Positions 1 through 10,010 of a stretch of 64,000 nt of DNA are shown here, piece after piece (within the stretch, counting starts at the first letter, position 1; the number at the start of each line of letters is the position of its first letter). The notes under the pieces are model-generated. The model had not been told where the DNA came from. It ran no database searches and was given only the letters and a program-made list of their open reading frames with translations. The stretch comes from an uncultured delta proteobacterium (GTDB taxonomy: Bacteria; Myxococcota_A; Polyangia; Fen-1088), in assembly GCA_963755125.1 (NCBI GenBank), contig CAVWIP010000015.1, positions 224,001-288,000 on the forward strand, in the 5' to 3' direction. A program made the translations under genes and the position numbers.

Positions 1-1
1 C

Positions 2-913
2 GACGTCGTACCCACGCCGGGCGGACCGGGGCTCGAGTTCCTACGACGCGCGGGCGCAGCGGACGCGATCTCATGCGTGCCCAACGGGCCCTCGCTGCCG
101 GTTTCCGAGGCGGGGGTGGACATCGCACTGTGTGGCCTGCCTGCGGTTTGCTCGGATGAAGAGCGCGGCGTCTGGCTGGCTGAGCTTCGGCGCGTGCTGC
201 GCCCAGGGGGCTTCTGTGTCTTGCGTTTGGCCACCGCTGCTCTTCGGGATCGTGCGCATGCAGGCGCAGGCACGCGCACGGCTTGCGCGGACCTCTTGCT
301 CGCCTACTTCGCGACGGTGGACATTGTCGAAGAGACGCAGTTTGGAGGGGTGTCGTTCCACGTGCCAGGCACCGAAGATCTGGCGGTCAATGAATCCTTG
401 ACCAGGCTGTCGGGCGCGGCCCGCCACTTCATTGCTTTGTGCGCCGACTGCGCGGAGCGTCCGTGGAACCTGAGCGAGAGCCTTCTGGTTCCGACCGATG
501 TGGGGGATTCCGGCGGAGTGGGCACAGGCGGCGTATCGGCCGGGGAATTGGCTGCCTGGCAGGCCGAGGTGGCGCGGCTCGAAGAGCGGTGCGTGGAGTT
601 GGCGCGCGAGCGCGATGGCGCGCGCGAGGACGCCATGACCCTTCAGGACCGTGCCGATCGGCTGGAGCGCACCGTCGCGGTCTTGCGCAAGGATGTCGAA
701 CGCTACTTGCGCCAGATCAGCGACGAGGGGGCCGCGCGCGAGCTGCTTGCCCTGGAACGCGATGACCTGCGACGGAATCTGGCGGCCGCGACACAGAACG
801 CCGTGGATGCCACCCGCGAGGTCGAAAGGCGGCAGGTCGCCCTGCGCACGCTGGAGAAGGAAGTCATCCGCTTGCGTGCGGCTCGTGGTGGGACGGGACG
901 CCCGACCGGCTAG
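2..913 (+). CDS. 5'-partial protein: degenerate class I SAM-methyltransferase-like N-terminus plus C-terminal coiled coil
   Basis: Frame is open from the window edge; 'LAELRRVLRPGG' MTase-like motif; heptad-rich C-terminus (EVARLEERCVELARERD...). Confidence 0.6.
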   Translation, partial: DVVPTPGGPGLEFLRRAGAADAISCVPNGPSLPVSEAGVDIALCGLPAVCSDEERGVWLAELRRVLRPGGFCVLRLATAALRDRAHAGAGTRTACADLLLAYFATVDIVEETQFGGVSFHVPGTEDLAVNESLTRLSGAARHFIALCADCAERPWNLSESLLVPTDVGDSGGVGTGGVSAGELAAWQAEVARLEERCVELARERDGAREDAMTLQDRADRLERTVAVLRKDVERYLRQISDEGAARELLALERDDLRRNLAAATQNAVDATREVERRQVALRTLEKEVIRLRAARGGTGRPTG

Positions 914-984
914 GCCCGGCAGCGCGCGACGGCGACACGACTGCTTGACCTGGGCTATCCCGTCCACTAAGTTCTTCGATCTTC

Positions 985-1071
985 GCGGTCGTGGCGGAAC
1001 TGGTAGACGCGCCAGATTCAGGTTCTGGTGGTAGTAATACTGTGGGAGTTCAAATCTCCCCGACCGCACCA
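985..1071 (+). tRNA. tRNA-Leu(CAG)
   Basis: Acceptor stem GCGGTCG/CGACCGC, D-loop GGAACTGGTAGAC, anticodon arm CCAGA-TTCAGGT-TCTGG, long variable arm, T-arm GGGAG-TTCAAAT-CTCCC, encoded CCA. Confidence 0.97.
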
Positions 1072-1134
1072 TAACCAAGCGAAATCGTTTAGTTTTTCTT
1101 TGTGGGGTCTTCAGTCTTTTTCTTGATCGGGGCG

Positions 1135-1166
1135 TGGGTAACTGCCTGGGTAACTCTTGGGTAACT
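1135..1166. repeat. Three TGGGTAACT direct repeats, putative integrase arm-type sites
   Basis: Copies at 1135, 1147 and 1158, between the att core and the integrase 3' end. Confidence 0.55.
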
Positions 1167-1185
1167 CTGGAAGCAGGATTCTGGG

Positions 1186-1385
1186 CTAATTGGTGGTGGG
1201 GTAGGGGACCAGCGTTTCCATGGCCTGCAGGTGCTGCTGCTGGTCTGCCAGACCACGGTCTGCGTAGTGTCGGAAAGTGACTTCTTGGCTCTCATGGCCC
1301 AAGGCTTGCGAGGCCGCAGCTGGAGTAGCTGCAGCTACGAGGGCAAGGTCACCATGTGTGCCACGTAGACCGTGGGGTGAGCCGA
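1186..1385 (-). pseudogene. C-terminal remnant of a tyrosine integrase
   Basis: SPHGLRGTHGDLALVAA...SQALGHESQEVTFRHYAD (HxxR, LGH, Y); closely matches the C-terminus of 42877-43893; no N-terminal part. Confidence 0.9.
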
Positions 1386-3538
1386 ACAAGCAGGTTGCCC
1401 AGTTCGATCTCTCAATCAACAACCCCAATGATCAACGTGGTCTGTACTTGCTCTCCGTGCCCGTTCCAAGCAGATTCACTGAGGGTTTGGCATTGGTAGC
1501 TACTGCCGTCTCTTCTCCACAGATCGCAGTGGCCGTATTCTCGGTTTTTTGATCAACCGCACCCGCAATTGCCGGGCTACTGATACCTAAGATCGGGGGC
1601 AACAAATACTCACTGTTTCTCCCGGTCATTGACTCAATCAGGGCTATTTCTATGTCCAGAACGGGAAAATCGGTTGCAGAAGGTGCCTTCACTTGCTCTA
1701 TTGGGAGCAAACAGCCATTGCCCGGAATAAGTGGCGGGAAGAAATAGGCAGACCAACGCTCAGAGCTTGGCGTAGAGCCCGTTTGTCAGGTCAGCAGGGG
1801 TTCCGGTAGCCTAAACAGACAAACGTCGTTCTAATCGCAAGCCAGTAAGCTACAGAGCTACTGTTCGGGTAGGTGTACGAGCCGGGGAGGTACGAACGCC
1901 AGGAGCTGTAGAATTCCGTGACGCTGGTCGACATGCATGATGAAGACAACGGTGGTGGGTCGATGAGCGGAAGTTCTGCCACTGAAGGATACGTGGCTGA
2001 AGGAAGCCAGGTTTACTGGGCGCAGTCGTCTTCGTTGCCACAGGCGTGCACCAGAACGTCAAGCGCGCAGAATCCGCGCTGCAGGGCTAAATTGAGGAGC
2101 TACGCCTCGGTTGGAAGGTAACGTCTCTGCCGCTTCGGCATCAGATACAGGGACGGCGGGAGCTGCTCTCTTCTGTGGATCAAAGATCGTCCAGGATGAG
2201 AGGGGACTTCGTAGGTTCCACGGAGGGAGAAACCCATGATCAAGGACGCAGCACTGAGCCCTGGATCGATCTTGGTGGTCCTGCGTGCCGTTGCCTTGGC
2301 TAGCCTCTTTGCTTGTACCAACAGCAAGTCTGGCGCGTCGGCCGATGCTTCGGGGCTGGGCGGAGCAGTGGACGCGGGTGGAAATTCGGCCACGGGCGGA
2401 ATGACCTCGACCGGAGGAGCCACCGCCATTGCCGGTAGCATGGCTGCTGGTGGCAGCAGCGGAACCAGTGGAGTCACCGCTGCCGGGGGATCCTCCATCG
2501 GTGTTGCCAACACGGGCGGCGGCGGGAACAGTGGAATGGGTGGGCTCTTTGCTAGTGGTGGGGCGAATTCGACCGGCGGCAACACGGTTAGTGGCGGCAG
2601 CAGTGGGCGCGACGGTGGCACTGGCTCGCCAGATGGCCCATCAACTGTCGACGGGCCCGCGAGCATTGACGGCCGGGCGAGCAGCGCGGATGCTGGCCCG
2701 ACGTTCCAGCTTCAGACTCCCAATCCTCTGTCGGTATCACCGGTCCTCGATCCGACGCATGCCACGGTCGCAGTCATCACTGCCACCGCAGGGGGATCGA
2801 TCACAGCCACCGCGGCCGACGGCACCATCTATATTTTGGCCATCCCGGCCGATGCCCTCCTCTTCGATACGGAGATCACGCTCACGCCCGTGACCAGCAT
2901 CGGCGGCCTTCCGTTCAGCGGCGGGCTTCAGGCTGCGGTACAGATTGCACCGGATGGTCTATATCTCTACCAAGTCGCGACTCTCAGCATCGCACCTGCG
3001 ACTGCGGTCCTGTCCAGCAAACAGATCGGATTTGGCTACTACGGCAGCGGCACGGAGTTCCATCTGGAGGCGCTGACCACAACCGGGCTCGTCTTCGGGA
3101 TCCAGCACTTCTCTGGATACGGTGCTGGTCTCGGGACCGCCGCCGACGTGAGCCAGCAGGAACTGCGTCCGCCCATCGCGCCGCTGGATCAGCTCGTACA
3201 GGTCATTGCGCAGCCGCTTTTCCTCGAGCGCCCGGCCACGATCGAACCAGATCCGCCACCTCTCCCCTCAGGCGTGGGCATCACGGAGGTCGCTGATGCG
3301 TACTACGAAGACGACCTGTTGCCAGACGCTGAAGACGCGCTGGCATCCGGCGATCCCGCCAGCATTATCGCTCTGCTTCCAGATGTCACCCATTTCGCCC
3401 AAGAATGTCAACAGATCGAGGACAACCCGACGATGATGGCTGCCCTTGACCTCGCAGACACAATGATCGACGAGTACGCCAACCTTGCAGATACGGATGT
3501 CGTAGCGGAATGCAACGCACTCTCGCCCTCGGAACTAA

Positions 3539-4424
3539 GAGCGAGCCTTCATGACTTGTGGAAAATTTGCGGGAGCCGCGAAGGCATGATGTCTACTGGT
3601 CTATGCAAACCAATTACTCCGATGTACCCGACGAACTGTGGGACCGGGTGAAACCGTGGATTCCACCGTGGAGGCGGAGTCCGCGCGGCGGACCTCATCG
3701 CCTGGACGACAGAAGAGTCTTTGCGGGAGTCGTCTATCGTCTTCGCACCGGTTGCCAGTGGGATGCTATCCCGCGCGAGTTCGGCAGCGGCAGCACGTGC
3801 TACCGACGGTTCGTCGAGTGGACCAACGCCGAGGTCTTCGAGAAGATTCACACCGAGGCGCTGTGCTACTACCACGACAAGTGCGGCCTCGACCTGGAGT
3901 GGGCATCGCTGGACAGCGCCTCGGTGAAGGCGCCAAAAGGGGGGACCTCACGGGTCCCAATCCCACTGATCGCGGAAAACTCGGCACCAAGCGCCATGTT
4001 CTGACCGACGGGCGCGGGATTCCCCTCGCCGTCACGCTGACCGGTGCCAACGTACACGACAAGTGGATGGTGGGCTCCACACTCGATGCGGTGCCTATCT
4101 ACGGATCGCGCGGACCACGACGTCCCGAGCACATCTGCCTGGACAAGGGCTACGACTACGACGACCCCGAGGAAGAGGCACGTGAGCGCGGTGTGAAGCC
4201 ACACATTCGCCGCCGCGGTGAGCCGCCTCTGGTTGGTTGTGTTCGCGGCAAACCGCGACGCTGGGTCGTCGAGCGCACAAACAGCTGGCACAACAACTTT
4301 CGCGGTTTGCGAATACGCTGGGAGCGAAAGGCAGAGAATTACGGTGCCCTTGTGTATCTGGCATGCGCAATTATCACTGTTCAGGCAGCTACTCGACAAA
4401 TCCACAGGTCATGACGGCTCGCTC
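3539..4424 (+). mobile_element. IS5-family insertion sequence (IS427-like), 886 bp
   Basis: Terminal IRs GAGCGAGCC(T/G)TCATGAC(T/C)TGTGGA; TAA target duplication at 3536-3538 and 4425-4427. Confidence 0.93.
3603..4414 (+). CDS. IS5-family DDE transposase, two ORFs joined by a probable -1 programmed frameshift
   Basis: OrfA 'LRTGCQWDAIPREFGSGSTCYRRF', OrfB 'DKGYD...RWVVERTNSW'; slippery AAAAGGGGGGA at 3935-3945. Confidence 0.9.
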
Positions 4425-5439
4425 TAAGTGGGTACCAAGCCAACAGCGTGAGGCTGTCGCGCCTCTATCAGAGCACTGGCATGCCACAGACCCAGACAAC
4501 CGCGGATGTGAACAGGTTTATTACGGACCTTGCCACGTGCGAGATCTGCCCAAGCGGGTGCACAACCGGAACGCAGACCACTTGCTGTCAAAAGGGCTGC
4601 GTCGATCTCACGTCGGACCCCAATAACTGCGGTTTGTGCTCCAATGCATGTTCGAGTCAGCAACCGGCGTGCTGCTATGGAATTTGTCGCAACACCAGTT
4701 CGGATCCCAATAACTGTGGGGGGTGCGGCCATACTTGCAACGCTGGCGAGACGTGCACAGCCGGAATCTGCGGCACCGCGGGCGGATATGTTTGCATCGG
4801 AGGCATTGGCCTGATGGGCACGCCGCTGGTCGGGGCATCGCCGATCGGGACTCTCACAGTGACGATCAACGGCACAAAGACCACCTTGCCCATCTGTCCC
4901 GGGTTCGGTCGATGCGGGGTCAGCGCATATGATTTGACTGTCACGGCGGTGGCAGGCACGGGGGAGTCGGTCGCGGTCGACGTGTACGAACCCACGACGG
5001 GGTCCTTTCCTGCCAACAACACGACTGGTTCATCCAACTCGCTTTCGGTTACGCTCGCGAGCACTGGATCCACCATTGACTGTACAGACGTCCCGGGGGC
5101 CGGCGGAAGCATCAACGTGAGCGCGTTCACCACCTCGACGGGTGGCACGGTCTCGGGCACCTTCTCGGGAACCGTCTTGGACTGCTCGGGTCAAGGTGCG
5201 GGGGCCACGGTGACCCTTGACAATGGCAGCTTCTCTTGCCAGGTGAACGAGTAGCTCTTTTCCGGCATCAAACCGACGGAACACATGGTATTGCCCCTAC
5301 AAGCCGCCCAGCGCCCAGCAGAGACCGAGAACCCATAGGAGGAGTTCGGATGAGAGCGACTCTGCCCGAAGGCCGCCACCTCCACAAGGCAGCGGCGTCC
5401 TCCCAGAACCGTCTGCAGCGAATTCCGCACAAGGCCAAA

Positions 5440-6447
5440 ATGGCCTGCATGGTTGCCAGGCTGGGCCTCGTGCTCTTGTGTTTTTCTGTGGCGTGTTCGT
5501 TCAACACAAACGGAGTGCAGATCTTGACCGCTCATGACGCCGGGGGGACCGGGGGCGGCGGAAGTCAAGGTGCCCAATGCGTCCCCGGCGCTAGCGCAGA
5601 GTGCTATTGCCCCGCTGGCCAGCGGAGCGCCCAGACATGCACGGCGGCGGGCACCTTCGCGCCGTGTGTTTGCGTTGCGCCTGCATTGGACGCTGGGGGC
5701 GTAGGCGGCAGCGATGGCGCCACCACCAGCCTACCAGACGCCTCTACCACCACTGGCCGCAGCGACGCACGCGCTGCTACGGGAGGCACGGGTGGGGGAG
5801 GAACCACTGGCATTGTCGGAGGCACCACCAGCGAAGCGGGCGTGACCGGTACAATAGGAGGGAGCATCAGCACGTCCGGGGGTACGGTCGGCACTGGGGG
5901 TGCGACCGGCACCGCCGGAGTCGGGGCTGGCGGAAAGACGGAAGCTGGCGGCGGCCCGGGTGGAACGGGCGGGTGTCCACTGATCGCCTGCCCCGCGATA
6001 GCCTGTCTTGGCGGGACCCAGCCGAATCCCGATCCCTGCGGCTGTCCCATCTGCGGGCCGAGTCCTGATGCTGGCGTGGCGAAAGACGCTTCCCCACCTA
6101 CCGCGTGCCCCATGCTGGCAAGCTTGATTTCCACCGACGCTGCGCAACTCGGGTGGGCCGCCGGACGAATGCTCATCGCCTGCACTTACACGAACAACGT
6201 GTACGGAAGCTGCCTCAGCAACGACGCCACGGCATGCCCTGAAGTCGGGATAGTTGGGGGTTTGACGGTAGACTTGATCGGTTGCAGCAGCCTGTGCACA
6301 GCGGACCAGTACGGCTTGTCCTACGGCGGAGGAATTCCTAATGTGTCACCGCCGCCGTCGATCGACCTTCCCGCCGGATGCAAGCTCACGCTAGCCGTGC
6401 CATTTTCCAGCGTGGGCGGGACCTACTGCTGCCCCTGCGGAATGTGA
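5440..6447 (+). CDS. Gly-rich, Cys-rich lipoprotein
   Basis: Signal peptide ending SVAC; G/T-rich linker; CPAIAC..PNPDPCGCPIC module. Confidence 0.8.
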   Translation: MACMVARLGLVLLCFSVACSFNTNGVQILTAHDAGGTGGGGSQGAQCVPGASAECYCPAGQRSAQTCTAAGTFAPCVCVAPALDAGGVGGSDGATTSLPDASTTTGRSDARAATGGTGGGGTTGIVGGTTSEAGVTGTIGGSISTSGGTVGTGGATGTAGVGAGGKTEAGGGPGGTGGCPLIACPAIACLGGTQPNPDPCGCPICGPSPDAGVAKDASPPTACPMLASLISTDAAQLGWAAGRMLIACTYTNNVYGSCLSNDATACPEVGIVGGLTVDLIGCSSLCTADQYGLSYGGGIPNVSPPPSIDLPAGCKLTLAVPFSSVGGTYCCPCGM

Positions 6448-6632
6448 GTGCGCAGCGCTGGCGAGGGATGCTGTCCTAGCTTCGACCAGCATGGTCTGCA
6501 GTCAAGAGACTGATAGGCACGCCTCTAGCAGCTCGTCGCCGCGTGGACCTTCAGAGTATTGGGACGTAGTTGACGTAGTCTTCGTTCTGTGCGGTCGGGT
6601 CGAGGACCGGCGCGGTGGTGTGCAGAAGGCGC

Positions 6633-6833
6633 CCATCTGGCGTGGCACTTGATGAGCGTCATATTGCCAGTTAGCTATGCTCCCGCGAAATGGGACCGGC
6701 CCCACGAATCTGGGACACATGCACTGGGCTCCCGATATGTCGGCTGGTGAAAAATTCCGGGGGTAAGAATTCAAGCCGGTTGCCTAGCCTGAATCCGGGG
6801 ATCAAGAAGTCTCCTTCACCCTTGGTCAGTTTC
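6633..6833 (+). repeat. Backbone repeat family A, long copy
   Basis: CCATCTGG...GTTAGCTATG...TATGTCGGCTGGTGAAAAATTCCGGGGG...AATTCAAGCCGG...CTTGGTCAGTTTC; aligns with 27287, 28304 and 56407. Confidence 0.85.
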
Positions 6834-6970
6834 TCACCCGGATGGTCGAATCGTAGCTGACCGCGCACCAGCACGTCGTCCCAAGCCTGTGTGCTATTCT
6901 TCCGACCCGCGAGGCAGAATTCGGTGCGGCCCAGGGGCGCCGTACAACTCACCAGACAGAGGAGACGACC

Positions 6971-7840
6971 ATGGTCAACTACATTTCGATTCTGGTATTC
7001 ATCGTTCTTGGGGCTGTGGGCGCAGCTGTCACCGGAATCGTGGCCCAGGCGGAGCCTTTTGCGGCTGGCATTGTCGGTGTGGTCTGGCTTCTGGCTGACA
7101 TCGTCCTGTCGTCCGGCATCAAGATGGCCGCTCAGTGGGAAAAAGTCGTGGTGTTCCGCATGGGCAAATACTGCACCATCAAGGGGCCCGGTCTTTTCTT
7201 CATCATCCCCATCGTGGAACAGGTGAGGTTCATCGACACCCGCGTTCTGACGCTGGATATTCCCACCCAACAGGTCATCACCAAGGACAACGTGCCGGTG
7301 AAGATCAACGGCGTCCTGTTCTTTCAGGTGGAGAACGTGGCCGACGCCATCATCAAGGTGCAAGACTACCGCTACGCGATCTCCCAATATGCCCAAACGT
7401 CGCTCCGCGACGTTATCGGGCAGATGACGCTGGATCAGCTTCTGGGGGAGCGCGAAGAAATCGGAAAAGCCATTGAGGCCAACGTGGAAAAGGACACCGA
7501 GGAGTGGGGGCTGGAGGTGAAGGGCATTCGCATCCAAGACATCGACATGCCCGAGGAACTGAAGAAGATGATGTCGCGACAGGCCTCGGCGGAACGTGAG
7601 AAGCGAGCCACCATTACCAAGGCGGAAGGCGACCGTGACGCTGCCATGAACCTGGCCGCGGCAGCCAAGACCATGGCCGAGAGCCCCGGAGCCATGCAGT
7701 TGCGAACTCTCCAGACCATCGACGGACTCGGCCCCACCGCCTCCAACACGGTCGTTTTGGCGGTACCAGTCGAAATGATGGAGGCGGTGAGAGGTGTGTC
7801 AGGTTACTTGAAGGAAAGGAAAGACAAGCCGACTGGCTGA
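6971..7840 (+). CDS. SPFH/band 7 (stomatin-like) membrane protein
   Basis: GPGLFFIIP, QQVITKDNV, AQTSLRDVIG, RQASAEREKRA, AMQLRTLQT motifs; RBS GGAG. Confidence 0.93.
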   Translation: MVNYISILVFIVLGAVGAAVTGIVAQAEPFAAGIVGVVWLLADIVLSSGIKMAAQWEKVVVFRMGKYCTIKGPGLFFIIPIVEQVRFIDTRVLTLDIPTQQVITKDNVPVKINGVLFFQVENVADAIIKVQDYRYAISQYAQTSLRDVIGQMTLDQLLGEREEIGKAIEANVEKDTEEWGLEVKGIRIQDIDMPEELKKMMSRQASAEREKRATITKAEGDRDAAMNLAAAAKTMAESPGAMQLRTLQTIDGLGPTASNTVVLAVPVEMMEAVRGVSGYLKERKDKPTG

Positions 7841-8027
7841 AGATCGAGCCCAGTGCACTTGACGGAACTCGACGAGCCGGGGTTAGTCGAGGTAGCACCA
7901 GTGGTCCATCAACGTCGGCGCGGAAAATGGGAGCCACCTGACGATGGACCACTCCGGCTTCTCGTGCGACCATTCATTCCAGCAGACCCTATTGGTTCGG
8001 CGGACGAACATTGACTGAGGAGAAACG

Positions 8028-8588
8028 GTGGTCTACTGGTCGATTCGAATCGCTGCTATCGCGCTCTGGGTGCAGGGCTTCGGGCTTGGATGGCTGGCTC
8101 TCCGGGAACATTCGCCCGTCAAGCTGATCGTCACGGCGATACTGGCGCTTTGGGGTGGCGCTGTCTGGTACCGGCGCGTTCTCGCGATAAGGATTCTGAT
8201 CCCAATCCTCGTGATGGTGGCCCTGCTGCTTCCCTTTGCGCTCATCAACCCTTTCCACGCGCTCGATGTCAAATCATCCGTGGCGGCGGAGCCTGGATTC
8301 GCGGCTCGCACTATCGGCAGCGCCATCGGCGGCTGTGCTCTAGCTGGTGCTTTGGCTATCTATCTGCTGCGAGCCTTGCGCAGCATCCAAGACCAGTCCG
8401 GTGGCACGGTGGCGTCCGCGGGAGCACGGTCCTTCTGGATCGGTGCGGTGACGTTCCTTGGAATAGTTTGGGTGATCCTGTTGGTGGGTTCGACCATTGG
8501 CTTCCTGCAGGTTGTTCGGGAGAGACAGACCACAGCGAGGACGCAGGGACAGTCCCGCCAAGCATCAACAAGGCCGCCCACACCCTGA
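8028..8588 (+). CDS. Hypothetical multi-pass membrane protein
   Basis: About five hydrophobic segments; RBS GAGGAG upstream of GTG. Confidence 0.65.
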   Translation: MVYWSIRIAAIALWVQGFGLGWLALREHSPVKLIVTAILALWGGAVWYRRVLAIRILIPILVMVALLLPFALINPFHALDVKSSVAAEPGFAARTIGSAIGGCALAGALAIYLLRALRSIQDQSGGTVASAGARSFWIGAVTFLGIVWVILLVGSTIGFLQVVRERQTTARTQGQSRQASTRPPTP

Positions 8589-8636
8589 GACCGACGGCAA
8601 GAGAAGAGTGAAGAGGTGACTCATGCGGCGGCTCCA

Positions 8637-8804
8637 TGGACAGTTCCTGGCTCGTCAATCCCATCACCACTAATGGTCCATGAACGGCGGCGGAAGAACA
8701 CAAGGCAAAGTTCGTATCAGCGACTCCACGTCCATGATGCTGTAGATTCTGATCTACACGACCCAGACCAACTGCCACCTCGTTGGTCGGGGATGGATGA
8801 TGGC
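8637..8804 (+). repeat. Backbone repeat family B, copy 1
   Basis: Aligns with 22512-22683 (CTCGTCAATCC...ATGGTCCATGAAC...CACAAGGCAAAG.TCGTATC.AGCGACTCCA...TCTACAC.ACCCAG.CCAACTGCCA). Confidence 0.8.
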
Positions 8805-9110
8805 AACAAGATCTTGTGTGTTGCCGACAGCACCTGCTGAAGCATCATGTGGCGGCGGAAACAAAGATCAAGTGTGACCACAGCCACTACGATCTTTGTG
8901 CTCGACCAAGCTGCTGTTCGATCTGACCAGACCCACTCTTGATGGTCTGAACATGGGTTCTGCTCTTGTAACGCGGCAAGCGACTGGCTCTTGTACGCGG
9001 GGAAGAGAAGTTGAATAATTTCCAACAGATACAGTTACCCCTCCCGCAGATTTCAGGTCTCGCCTTATATAAGATAAGGCGACAGTCAGAAATTGCGGGA
9101 GCCCTGTAGT

Positions 9111-9360
9111 CCCCTTCTCCCGCGTACAAAGCCAGACCACCTGGGTCCCGCCCTTTAAGTCGACAAGAGCGGCGGAAGAACGGGAACGAGAAGAATGGGG
9201 AGATTGGATCATTCAGGGTGATGAAGAAGGCCACCAGGTACACCATCGTCATGGCCACTTGATCCCGGGATGGCGATGCTCTCGCCCCCATGATCATCCA
9301 CCGAGCCTGGTGTTTTCCTGACGCGTGCTTCTAGGTAAAGTACCCGAGTGGTTGATCGAG
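9111..9360 (+). repeat. Backbone repeat family C, copy 1
   Basis: CCCTTCTCCCGCGTACAAAGCCAGACC...CGTCATGGCCACTTGATCCC.GG.TGGCG...GATCATCCA; shared with 12752-12867 and 19444-19635. Confidence 0.85.
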
Positions 9361-9513
9361 TGCCCGTGGCTGCTGTGAGGACGAGGACTTCCTCCTGCGC
9401 GTTCTGGCAGCCACCCAGTGATGCCGAAAGATGTGATTTCCATGGAGTAGCTCCCGGACCGACAAGAGCCAGGTCGCGAAGTAGCCTGCAATGCCTTCCC
9501 GGCCATCGCGGCG

Positions 9514-9732
9514 TCACCTGTCGAGCTTCAATCCTCGAAAGAGTCTACGCCTTTTCTTTTCCCGCCATTGCCTTTGTTCTTCCGCCTTCTGCCTCTGCTC
9601 AAGCTTTGCTCTGAACAACTTGATCTCGTCCTCTCGTCTCTTCTCCCATCGCCGACGTCGGACCAGATATCCCACCATTGCGGACGCCAGTACGCCGCCA
9701 ATCAGGGCAATGGTCCACCCCGTGGCAATCAC
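9514..9732 (-). CDS. Small membrane-anchored, highly charged protein (phage/satellite-like)
   Basis: N-terminal TM segment WTIALIGGVLASAMVGYLV followed by an R/E/K-rich helix. Confidence 0.5.
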   Translation of the reverse strand: MIATGWTIALIGGVLASAMVGYLVRRRRWEKRREDEIKLFRAKLEQRQKAEEQRQWREKKRRRLFRGLKLDR

Positions 9733-10010
9733 TGTACGTCCTCGGGGATGATGGAAGCACGGTCTGTCAATCGCCAGGCCGATGGGGCCAGGGATTGACG
9801 TTTTCGCCAAGGTCATGGGGCCACCCGATCGCCAGGGTGATGGGGCCAGGGTCGCGGGTGATCGGGCCCTGAATCGCCAGGGTCATGGGGCCAGTCAATC
9901 GCCAGGGTCATGGGGCCAACCCGTGACCTAAGCGAAAGCTGACCTGGGCATCGAGGACCGAAGGCAAAACCGACCTTCAGGCGGCCGCGCGACGGCCGCC
10001 AGGAGGTCAC

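Larger units (their letters stand above)
2236..5254 (+). pseudogene. Large Gly-rich/Cys-rich lipoprotein (~709 aa when restored) disrupted by IS5
   Basis: Lipobox LFAC; removing the IS and one TAA restores the frame (SPSEL-SGYQANSVRLSRL); C-part has CVDLTSDPNNCGxCxxxC myxobacterial repeats. Confidence 0.88.

Noticed and set aside
71..1078. 335-aa minus-strand ORF and similar long antisense ORFs (9813-11339, 54079-54906, 58253-59752, 61087-61950)
   Set aside because: Shadow frames of real genes or the tRNA in GC-rich DNA; no recognisable motifs.
1400..2230. Intact genes in the lower-GC stretch after the integrase stub
   Set aside because: Only short, stop-interrupted frames (one CRRC-containing fragment); no product call can be supported.
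9771..9920. CRISPR-like or iteron array
   Set aside because: These are the subterminal repeats of the IS21 left end, mirrored at the right end.
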